Assembly (NCBI GenBank): GCA_973895155.1
Contig: OZ316892.1
Coordinates: 2,917,223-2,981,222 of the forward strand
DNA: 64,000 bases
Source: Marsupella aquatica
Taxonomy: Eukaryota; Plantae; Marchantiophyta
Reading direction: 5' to 3'
This document shows positions 1 through 10,499 of this stretch, one piece after another (positions within the stretch are counted from its first letter, which is position 1; every line of letters starts with the position of its first letter). The position numbers and the translations under genes are program-made. Below the pieces are notes generated by a model, which was not told the DNA's origin, searched no databases, and was given only the letters and a program-made list of their open reading frames with translations.

Positions 1-930
1 ATCTTAGAAATGGATGGACACCTATAGAGGCGCTGCAATCTTGGAATGAGAGGGAAATGCCGTAGGACCTTAGCAGGTTGAGTTGACTTCCCCACGTTCT
101 TATATCTGTGCTTTCCACAGATAGGGCAGGATAGGCAATCAGCATATTCTTTTCTGAAAAGTACATGGCCATTTGGGCATGCATGGATGGACACATAATT
201 CAAACCAAGTTTGCTCATCACCTTCTTTGCCTCATACATGTTCTTAGGAGCAATGTTTCCAGCGGGTAGTACTGTCCTCTGTAGGAACATCAACAACTCT
301 GTTACACATATGTTGGGCAGACGGTGACATCCACATATATTGAGGAACATCACTATGAACCCTAGTTTGGAGCAATTTGCACCACCATACAATGGGGACG
401 TAGCTTCCTCCAAGTAGGCCCCAGCTCCCAAGAATTGACCATCATCTCCAACTCCTTCTCCAATGTCAAACTCTTCTTGGTCCGACGGGCCTGCACCATG
501 CATGTTTGCTTCTTTGTCCCCCTATGCCTCTGCATCTTCATAAAGTGCATCCAGGTCTTCAAAAATGTCCGAAACCATCCTAGGAACATCTGCCCCGTCC
601 TCATTAGAAGTCTCGGGACCTCCCTGTGGAACATACTCATCTTCGGCATTGTTACCTGCATGACCAGTGACGTTATGAAAGAATGCAGAGCGTCTTGCTG
701 TATTCACATTTTCAAAATCTGCCCTCCATTCATCATCCGATGAATCCTCTTCCTCTGGCACATTCCACACCCTGCGGACTGGATGTCTTCCATGCCTTTG
801 AAGATGAGAATGCACTTGGTTCAGGGTCATCGAGTGGTATCCTCGACATTGCATGCAGGGGCATCTCATCCGGGCATTTCTGCCCGGCTTGCTCTAAGCA
901 CCTCTCTATTCCACAACTTGGAGTCATGAC
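1..930 (-). pseudogene. CACTA Tnp2/TnpD transposase (Transposase_21 family), N-terminal part, disrupted
   Basis: One minus frame reads MRCPCMQCR..HLQRHG (transposase-associated domain), then PLYGGANCSKLGFIVMFLN, PKNMYEAKKVMSKLGLNYVSIHACPNGHVLFRKEY and PAKVLRHFPLIPRLQRLY, all typical CACTA transposase motifs. There is an in-frame TAG at 522-524 and a frameshift near 870. Confidence 0.93.
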
Positions 931-1411
931 GTGCAATCCTCAGTGGGTGATGCAAAGGGAGTCGCAGTTCATTGGTATGTGTCTGATTCCTTTGCCCCAA
1001 CTGTCCATCCTCATTTGCCTGATCCATACCTTCAATTGTCGTAGGCACACCTTGGCTATGTACCCTTTGCACTAGACAGGCTTATACAATTGCATATTCT
1101 AAGTACATGGAGGGACACATGCAAGTTTCATGAAGGAAATATCACAGACACGGTGTACACTCACTATCAAGTCCGCTCTGTGCTGGCGCTTGACCTGCTC
1201 ACGTATCATCTGCTCACTGCAGGCAGCAACATCATAACAAACTTGCTATAATCAGTGAGGTGCTTGGTCGTTGACCAATCAATGGTACAACGTACATCAT
1301 ACACTGCCATACATCTCCAAATGCAAAACCCAGACATTTGGAGGATGAAAAGGAGTAATGTCTTATAGACCAAAAATAACACACAAAACTTTATTTCAAA
1401 AATGTAATCGT

Positions 1412-2365
1412 CTAGCATACAGACAGTTGAGACCTTACTTCTTCATAATCATTAGGGCTAACAGAATCATACGCACTATCAGAAAACTCTTCATCCGTGG
1501 TCTGGAACTCAGAAGTAACATATTCTGGGTCGTCATAGGGAATGAATGGCTTTGCTGGCCATACTTCATTTAAATCAAATTTATGCTCATCCAATCGCAT
1601 ATTTTCCGAAAGTGACTGCCTGACCCATTCAGGGCAGACCACACGCAGCCCATGTGCGATGAGCCATCATACCACAGACTTTCCATACTCTCGGCATGCC
1701 TTAGAATATGAATGAGCAATGACATGGGTGGTCTCATTAGTGAGCTTCTCAATCACTGTACCACCTCTTCTACTGATCTCCCTCTTGAAACGACAGACCC
1801 TATATGGCTTGATAGACTTGTCAAGTATAACAGCCCTCACACCTCTGAACATTGTACAGTCTGGGATGGGTTCTGTCTCATATGGGATAATGTTGTTGTA
1901 TACTTTTGTGATCTGGTCAATAGACGGAACCCTACTCCCACCTCTCCCTGCAATTCTACGAGCCTTGTGCCAATCTCGACTATCTTTCATCATTTGGACG
2001 TTGTTGTACTTGCTCTCAAACAAATTGTAATCATCAGGATCTTGGACACTCCCTTTTCTAAGGGAATCAGACATCCATTATGCTGAAAGTACTTTGACAT
2101 GCCTCAATAAGACTTTGTCATAAAAAACCGACCAAGATGCCATTTTCAAACAATGTTCCCATGTTTCTGCAATAATATGGGTGACTTGAATGTCCTGTAG
2201 TTGACATTGTGTCTTTGTACCATGATGCTCAATGAGTTTTCTCCTAAGGATATTCAATCTTGCACTCTGAATACCTGGGACAAAAAAGACTTTGACCCCT
2301 TGGAAGATGGGAGCACACTGGGAAGGTGGAAGGGGGACAGGTTCACGCTTCCGTTTGGAAGGCAT
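1412..2365 (-). pseudogene. Intronless tandem-BRCT protein, BRCTs resemble the N-terminal BRCT of plant DNA polymerase lambda
   Basis: ORF-track pieces 2078-2389, 1667-2074 and 1412-1642 are one reading frame with stops at 2078-2080 and 1667-1669. BRCT1 is IFQGVKVFF..RLNILRRKLIEHHG..VTHIIA..WMSDSL. BRCT2 is MFRGVRAVI..RRGGTVIEKLTNETTHVIA..VVCPEWVRQSL. ATG at 2365 (MPSKRKR, NLS-like) follows a CAG acceptor. The C-terminal tail is acidic. Confidence 0.8.
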
Positions 2366-3248
2366 GATGCCTCCTGTAATAAAAGCCAATAGAGAAATAC
2401 CAGTGCCCGCGTTGCCTGTCCCTCAATGCTTCAGCCCAATGCTCTCTGATGACACAAAGTGCACTCTAGCTCCCTGATTGTGGCCCACATGACAGGATCA
2501 AAAGTCAATACATGCAGTAAATCCCAGCACGGAGTTATAGGACAAACCATATACTCTTCAGTCAAATTATTTTCACCATGTGTTCATGTAATTACATTGA
2601 TATGAAAGTAGAATGACAGTCTGCTTCAGTATACATGTGGCCCTTTATATTGTCGTGTCTGCATATAGTCTGAATTCACATTCGAATACCTGTATCTTAC
2701 GTGACAGTGGTGGGGACTGAGAATGATATCATTAAACTGCCCAATTTCCAGTCACATCTGTAATTGTACAAATGTATGGGTCAGGCACACGACTTAAGAT
2801 GACCTTTGTTAAGAGCCGAAACAAATACATAATGGTAGCTATATATGTATTTTCATACTCCTGGGCATGCATGTTGTTTTACTCCAGGCAACAGTCTGCT
2901 TGGAATCTTTAGTCTTTCACAGTTATGGTCTCTTACCATACACACTGAAAGTGGAAAAAACACATACATCCTTGTGCAGGCCCTAACTTTTAAATTGCAA
3001 TTAACTTAATCAGTCTTCAAAATATAAGTAAACTTAGTTTTTGAGGTGTCATCGTGTACGAAAGTATAAGGACAGAACCATGTATGGCTGAACTGAAAAA
3101 GCAAAATCCAAATTTACTATGCAGTCACAAAGTCGATCGATAGCTCACTGTAGCGGGGTGTCTCTGAGCTATGGTTGACAGTGCAGTGAGGTGCCCACTT
3201 CATTAAAAAGTCCAAAATGTGAGATGTGCAATGTTGGATTCATTTAGC

Positions 3249-3974
3249 TCAGCCTGTTGGTGCTGATCCACTTGTTTTGTTGCTGGCGCTGGAGGTGTCA
3301 TCCAGCAATAGCCAAGTCAAGTGGTCTCTCGCAGGGGTCTGCAAATGAGGGTCAATCGTATGGAGGTGGCAATACAAAAACCACCTATCAACCCCGTGTG
3401 TAGAGTGGGAATAAATTTGGCGGTCACATGCATACCCTTCTGCCTGAAGGGCTAGTAAACACTCATGGTGCCAGGCTGTGGGACATCTGGGACAATGGAC
3501 CATGTCTATCCAGTAGTCATCAGCATGCTCCCCACAAGCAGGACAAATATGTAGTGGGCAAAGAGAGTTATCATGGGGCAGGCATGTCAAACCAAAAAAA
3601 TGAACACAAAACCTGTCAGGACATTTCCACAACTCTAGTTGATCCCCCCCAACAGTGCCGTTTGTGCCACATTGAGCACACTTGTTGATATTAGTGGCAC
3701 AATCAAAGCAGGTCCAAGCACCCCGATGGTCCCCCCGGAGCCCAACCCCAGGGCATGTATTCTGTGGTGCATAAGTGGACCAGGAATTAACATGGAATTG
3801 TCTCAGGCAGGGGCCATGATCACACATGACCAGGTCACCTCCATTGTCACAAATGGCACAAACATGAGCAGCTTTATGATGAATTTGTGCATTGGACCAA
3901 TGATGATGTCTACTCATGGAATGGTGCCTCACCTGTGATCCGCCTCTGCGTGCTGGCCGTTTTGGACGAGCCAT
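3249..3974 (-). CDS. Stand-alone EDM2-type triple PHD-finger protein (about 241 aa), intronless, inside the CACTA
   Basis: VCAICDNGGDLVMCD..CLRQFH, CPLHICPAC, CPRCPTAWHHECL and FLYCHLHTIDPHLQTPARDHL are colinear with the PHD region of ENHANCED DOWNY MILDEW 2 as I recall it (VCAICDNGG..CLRSFH..CPLHKC..CRRCPKSYHRKCL..LIYCQEHEID..TPVRDH). Likely start is the ATG at 3974 (MARPKRPARR). The frame is open. Confidence 0.85.
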   Translation of the reverse strand: MARPKRPARRGGSQVRHHSMSRHHHWSNAQIHHKAAHVCAICDNGGDLVMCDHGPCLRQFHVNSWSTYAPQNTCPGVGLRGDHRGAWTCFDCATNINKCAQCGTNGTVGGDQLELWKCPDRFCVHFFGLTCLPHDNSLCPLHICPACGEHADDYWIDMVHCPRCPTAWHHECLLALQAEGYACDRQIYSHSTHGVDRWFLYCHLHTIDPHLQTPARDHLTWLLLDDTSSASNKTSGSAPTG

Positions 3975-4380
3975 GACTTCTACCCCGATAGAAAACAACA
4001 CAATATGGCCAGAGTCAGTGACGTAGTGAAGCATGCAAGGAATGAGAAACAAAAACTATGAATTAATACCAAAGATTTGAGAAACTGTAATTTCAAGCTG
4101 TAAATTCAAGACGGGTTGTGTGCATGGAGGAAATTTTAAGTTTAGGACTCTGAGATTGGACACAGGCAATTACTGAACGATTTTTGCCATTAAAGGTGGG
4201 CAATTGTTGGGCTAGCATTTTCACACATTAATTTTTATAAATTTTGGGGGCCACGAAAATAGGGGAACCAGCAGAAGAATTCAAAAGTCCACAGCAGGAT
4301 ATTGCTCAGCACAGCAAGAAGGCCAGTAGAATACAATCGACGCCCCATACATAAAATCCAATCAAATAACCCAAATCTAG

Positions 4381-5310
4381 TCTACACTTCCATAGTGAAA
4401 TCTTGGCTCGACCCTGGCCCCGACCTGAGATTGCTATAGTGATGGGCATGCATAAGAGAGGGAGGGATTTCTGTACATACTTGAGGATGGGCAGCACAAA
4501 CGCTCGACCCTGAGACCACCAGTGAAGACAAAGCAATGACAATGTAGAGGGCTCTGAGTGATTACAGACCTCAGGAGTTGACAAAACCCTGGAATGATTT
4601 CTTTGTGCCTAGCTTGGCAAAAGAGAAAGCTCTCGAACGGGTGGAAAAATGATCTGCAAGTGCCACAGAGAGAGTGTGGCTCATCAGTTCTGTGGCTCAT
4701 CAGTTGTCCGTGGAGGAGTACATTATAGAGTATCACATTTGACTAATGTCATGTACATTGAATACATACAGTGGCAAAGTAGTCAATGGAAGAGTGACCT
4801 GCTCCCTTTGCATTCTTCCTATTGCCGAAACATGAATGTAGAGGTAGAATTGCATGCAGGGAAATTTGAAGTTTAGGGCTATGACATCCATGCTTTGTGC
4901 AACCTCTAATCCGAAAGCCTCCAAAGACACAAGTGAAGCATATAGGCGCGCGTAATAACTTCTAATTTAGTCATTGACAGTACAAGAGTATACTCTAAAG
5001 TCTACGATTCTGAAAGTACAAGCATTGCAGGCGCGTAGGTCTGAAAAGTTGTTCCAAGACACAAAAAGCACTAAGCGACTAAGGATAGGACCGTTGAGTT
5101 GAAATCGCAGCTCAGCAAAGGCAAAGAAAAACCCCCCGCACCCCCTCTTAGTTCTGCACAACACTTCTGCACACTAGAATACTAGTGTATAAAGATCCCA
5201 TCTACATTTCCATAGTGAAATCCAAGTTCGACGTCGACCCCGACCTGAGATTGCTATAGTGATGGGCGTGCATAAGAGAGGGAGAGATGATGACACGTAT
5301 TTGAGGATTG
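4381..5310. repeat. About 110-bp direct duplication (4381-4490 and 5201-5310), each copy containing a minus-strand splice donor
   Basis: Both copies share ttccatagtgaaatc...ccccgacctgagattgctatagtgatgggc.tgcataagagagggag at an offset of 820 bp. The minus strand reads CAG|GTCGGG in both. Confidence 0.85.
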
Positions 5311-6652
5311 CGAGAGAGAGAAATCTGCAATAGAGAGCAGACACGATGGAAGAGTGAGACACGATGGAGGAGCGAGAACGAGAGAGAGGGCGAGAGAGAG
5401 TGAGGTGAGAATTCAGCAAGAGAGGTCTCGAATAGGGACAACCTTCTATCTATGAACCATAGTTTTTGTTGTCATTAATTTCCAGAGTTAAGATGAACAA
5501 ACATAGTACAAATAGAGCACAATGAAGCACCACGGTGCGTCGCATGGGACCTCTCTCCTCTGCCTGAACACCAGCCGCACCCAACATTGCACCAGAGATC
5601 AGCGCTCTTCAAAACAAGTTGACGACCTAAACCCCGCACTTCCAATGTTGCAGCGCATTTTTGTTCTAGCTCGTTCTCCTCTTCACTGAAGAACAACCCA
5701 ACAAGCAAATGGTGGAAGATGGACCCCCACACCTTCAACTTTGTGTTTGACCCGCCAAGTCTTCCCGCAATGCCCCTACAATGCCTTCGTGAAGCAATGC
5801 CTTTGGGAAGCAATGCCTTTGGGGAGCACTTGCAAACGCACTTAGCACCTGATTGAATGTGGTCACGTTGCGCTTCAAGTGTGGCCCTAAACCCTTCCTC
5901 CTCCCTTCAATCACAAAGAGCGGGAAGAACGCCCGATAGGGTGCAAACTAAGAATCCCGTGTAGGGATGATTTTTCCCTCCTCGATCAATCGATCGTAGA
6001 CTGCCCTTGCCCAGTTGCCTTGTTTGCTCCTCCTCCTCCTTGATCAATTCAATATCGACTGCCCAAGTCTTGATAGCTCGTTGCCTCATTCGCATGATAG
6101 CTCGTTGCCTCATTCGCACCCTAAACCGTCCCCTCCCTAAACCCTCTTCGCGGACAAAGAAACATTTTCTCCCGCGCATAAGGGTGGAGAGTACTAAGGT
6201 ACTCAGCCAGTGACATGTAGGGGGCTCATGTAAGGGGCTCATGTAAGGGGGTACCTCTACTAATTGAAGCTTGTAATTGGTGAGGAGCACTCACTCACAC
6301 AAGTATTTAGCACTAAGACGTTGAGCTTGGATAGTGGACCTGCAATTTTCCTTACAATGGCATGTTGTAATAATTGAATGTCAAATTAAGTGGTATCCCC
6401 CATCCAACTTCAAAGGTGCATGGACAACATAGACAACCTTGTCCTAGACAATTAACCTTGAACCTTGAACATGCAATGAGTGATTGAAAAGAGTAGGTAA
6501 AGTCCCTCTGGCTAAGGAGTTGCCACAAATGAGTGGATAGTTTGTAGAAGTGATACTTAAGACATATGTAGTGATAACACCCTAAACTTCCATAACCTTG
6601 TCACATTAGTCAATAGTGGTATGGTAAAAAATAGGGTGTATTTCTACTAGTG

Positions 6653-7128
6653 TACTTGGCATTGGTTTGGATGGGGCGGTTACTGTGACTGCGGTGACCT
6701 CGTTGCGGGCAGGTGTCGGTGAGGGAGGCACAGGGCAACATGGTGCCGATAGAGCTAGCACTGGAGTGAGGGAAGGACGCCCTTGCGAGTGAACGGAGGG
6801 CAATTCAGTGATGCCACCGTTTGGTGCAGATGCTGTTGTGAGCAGTGCGGGCTCAGTAAACCCTAAAGGCAGCACTGCCACGTCTGCCTCCAACATAGGA
6901 TCGCCATGCAGACTTGGTTCCACGTCTACTACAATGGGCAGACGATGGGCATTGTCCCACAGAGCGAGTTTCTTGTTAGCGGCCTGAAATGAAAACCCAA
7001 TGAGTGAGTGACATGGTGTACATGTATGTCCAACTAAACTAAATTAAATTAATCAGTTCAAAGGCAGATTAAGTGAACCAAATCAGGTTTCGTCAATTTG
7101 TAAGTACCTGGCTCTTGGTTCGCGCCAT
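6653..7128 (-). pseudogene. Spliced gene starting MARTKSQ-AANKK, Pro/Thr/Ala-rich, truncated by the CACTA insertion
   Basis: Exon 7128-7108 is ATGGCGCGAACCAAGAGCCAG followed by a GT donor. The intron ends in ttttcatttcag at 6984. The exon from 6983 is in frame with ORF 6606-6923 and runs into the CACTA TIR at 6652. Confidence 0.6.
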
Positions 7129-7607
7129 ATTGTCTTCACACCTGCAATATATATATGCATACTAACCATCAATGAACAGGGAATCACATATGAATAATTT
7201 AATACTCACTAATCAATTACTAATCAGAAAAGGGGGAATCATTCATTCCATGACTGACTTCACTCGTAGCGTACGCAACAACATCGTTTCATATCCATTC
7301 ACTGAAACAATCATTGCAATACAAATTACACATGGCGCCTGAATGAACGACACCGTGAGGATCGACAATGCCAATCATTGGGACTTGAAATTTAAGGAAT
7401 AACGAATGCATGACAAGTGTAGTCAAGTCAGCATTATCGACACTGAACTTCATTAGATATTTCAGTAAAATGATGTTAGCGAGTAAAAGATTCTGTAGAG
7501 TAAACATGACACGGTAAGAATCCAGAGTAAGCACAAAACAAGACTTTGAATACAAAAACTTCCCATACTTCGTCCTATAGTCATAGTCAATCCAGCGTTT
7601 TCCTATA

Positions 7608-7994
7608 TTGGATGAAGGTGCAACACAGAGTGATAACACTTGGACCCCTACAGAGAAAGCAGTTGCATATCAAAAACAATATCCACAATTGGTGCTTGAG
7701 CTAGTTCGTTCCGATCGAGCAGAGTATAGTCAAGCAACTGACATATATGCTTTGGGCAATGTCTTTGAGACACTACTCACAGAAAATTGGGATGGAATGA
7801 CCCCAATGACACGATTTCTGAATAGGGGTTGGAATGCTAGACAGCATGGCCCTAAATTGGAGATTATGATACGTGACATGATGGCCACTGATGTGAAGAA
7901 AAGAATGGATTGTATTCATTGGAGTTTGAGAATGATGAGGACATTCCAAGATTGTAGATTAGTTCAGCACAATAGTCCTTATCTAAGAGATTAG
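7608..7994 (+). pseudogene. Protein kinase C-lobe fragment
   Basis: YPQLVLEL..EYSQATDIYALGNVF..MIRDMMATDVKKRM resembles kinase subdomains VIII, IX and XI. No N-lobe, HRD or DFG is visible upstream. Confidence 0.55.
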
Positions 7995-8682
7995 GGATGA
8001 CATAGTTTCATCGTGAATGACAATGATAGATGACATGAACTATTATCTATTTTAATCATGTCATATGAATGAAATGTATTACTCATTTTTTATTGTATTT
8101 TGTTATCATTTTTATCTTGAAGAGTGTATGGCGAATGAATGCTAAAAATATTTTTGTTATTGTAAAATCTACAAGGATGGGAAAATGGGATTTGGAATCC
8201 GACGAGGAGGAAAAAACCTAGAAAGATTCCATATTTATATTTGCAATGTAATAGAGGGGTTAAGCCCTTAAGGATAGAAAAATTATCTTATGTGAAAAAA
8301 ATAGTTTTCAATGACCATGTTGAGGACCTTGAATGACTATTTAAGCATCTGTGAGTATATTAAACGTGAATCATGCCAAGGTGCATATAAAGATGTTATG
8401 GTCCCTCATCCGACTCAATAGTGAAAGATGAATAAAACCATAAATGGATTGGTATTGGGAAAATCTGATAGCGAGGAGAGACCTACTTCAACCCCTCAAG
8501 CAAAGGTTTAACTTTGGAATTGAGGTTCAACTTTTCACAAATTTGAGTTAGACGGCTAATTCTAAGGTGAATTAATCAGTGCATTTCAACAACAAGTAGC
8601 TCAATCATTTATCAAGGTTGTGTTACCCCACCTTCCAGTAGTTCATGGAAAAAATTACACCAACTAAGTGATGGAAATTGAG

Positions 8683-9430
8683 GAGTTATTTCATCCGGAA
8701 TTTGAACCGGTTTCCATTCGGTTTTTGAGCCGGTTTTTGATCCGGTTTGGACATACCATCTGGTATAACATTTACCATAACTCTCAAACCATTTATCCAA
8801 ATCAAGATCTGTAAAGTGTGTTGGAAAGCTCTTTCCGATGCGATTAAGGTATATATAAAGAAGTCTGAAAATGGACTCGAAATGACCCACTTAATATTAT
8901 GAGACTCCAACCAGTGCAACCAGGAGATATCCAAGATTTTTGGACAAATAATGGAATGAAGATTTTGAAGCGTTGTTTCCACACCATTTGACCTTCAAGA
9001 TGTCTAACTTTGGACCAATAGAAAGCATGATCCATGATTAAAGACCTTAACCAATCAAAATGGTTGGATAAGTATGAAAGGATACTATGAAAAGATATAC
9101 CCATTCATTGGAAGATGGAGAGACTTGATAGTCAAATTCTTATTACTCTGACACTCCTACATTTTACTTACACCAATGGACATTATCTCAAGACCTCATT
9201 TTTGGAAACCTTTCACTTTGAAACCAAGAAATGTACTACTTGCTTCCTATTTTACTACTACCTTTGGAGGTATCACTTTCATGCCAAACCCTCTCAACTC
9301 CATTGATCCAGCAGTAGACTCCACATCGGTGAAGCCTGACACTTCAACTCTTGAAGAGTAAAAAGTTATTCCATCCGGAAATTGAACCGGCTTCCCATCC
9401 GGTTTCCCACCCGGTTTTTGATCTGGTTTC
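8683..9430. repeat. Two diverged ~65-bp copies of an (A/T)CCGG-rich motif in a probable LTR-like non-coding repeat
   Basis: gagttatttcatccggaatttgaaccggtttccattcggtttttgagccggtttttgatccggtttg (about 8683-8749) matches aagttattccatccggaaattgaaccggcttcccatccggtttcccaccggtttttgatctggtttc (about 9363-9430). Confidence 0.6.
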
Positions 9431-10499
9431 GTGTTTGAAGCCCTATAAAACTTAGTATAGGAAGAATTAGACTTTGAATTTTTGCTGAGCACTTTATCTC
9501 ATAGTCTAGTTTTAGACTTTAGCATTACTTTTTACTTTTACACTTAGGTTAGAAATTGAAGGGGCATACCTCTTCAACTTTTGTTTAGAGGAGACTTGTC
9601 CCTAAGTATAAGAGGGAAAGTTTCCACCATTTTACTCAGACTTGCATTTCACTTTTGAAAGTCTCCTTCTTTGAAGAGAAGTAATAGATTCATAATTTTG
9701 GTGATCTATGCTTTGTGTTTGGACATTAGTGTGTGACCATTCTTGCTAGAAAATCTATGGAAAGTGACTAGCAATGTCATAGTTAACCATTAGGCTGACT
9801 GGAAATGCATGCCTGAGACCATGCAAAGGTCTAAAGATTCATGTTGACTATGAAATACTTATGGCTTATTAAGTATTAGTGGAAGAAGCACCATACGAGA
9901 ACTCACAAATTGCGTAGTCCTAAAAGAGCAATCTGAAGGATTGAATAGAAGAATAAGTTAGTTCGGAGTAATCAGTACCACCTTTGCCTTGACATAGGTC
10001 AGAAAGTTAATACGGGCTATCTTATATGCATCTTTAACAAATTCTTAGATGGTTGGTTTTAAGGATTAGCTTTAGGCATCAGCCTAATTTAGTCAGACTC
10101 TCTGTTGACTCTTAATCGTGCCTAACTTAGTCATAGATTGCTAAGTGGCGAGAGGAGATGAGACATTTAAGGCTCGCCTAATCCTCTCTTTACGCCTCCG
10201 GCTTTTGGTTGTTTTGTTATAGTTTTAGAATTAATTATTGCACTGTTGATGATACAAACATCACAATACCTGAGGATGTATTAAAAACTCCTTCCACCTG
10301 ACCTAAGCATGTCGGTAAAGGCTTAAAATCTGAGATAGGTTAGCTTAACTATCTCAAAGTATATTAATACAATCTTTTAAGTCTCACAAGCTCTTACCGG
10401 GAATGAATTTTGGTTGTTTAAGAGGAAAGTAGTTCATATTTCCTTAAACCCTACTCTACATGCAACCTGCTCAAGATTTACACCTTTGATCTCAGGATC

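Larger units (their letters stand above)
1..6652 (-). mobile_element. CACTA (En/Spm) DNA transposon, 5' part, carrying cargo ORFs; other end lies outside the window
   Basis: The reverse complement of 6641-6652 reads CACTAGTAGAAA, a canonical CACTA TIR. A Tnp2 transposase lies on the same strand at 1-930. An ORF coming from the right (6983 downward) runs into this TIR, as expected at an insertion junction. The predicted 3-bp TSD is TAC (6653-6655); the partner TIR is not visible. Confidence 0.75.

Noticed and set aside
8621-10390. Solo LTR starting TGTTAC
   Set aside because: The composition is LTR-like, but I found no matching end or TSD; only the internal repeat is reported.
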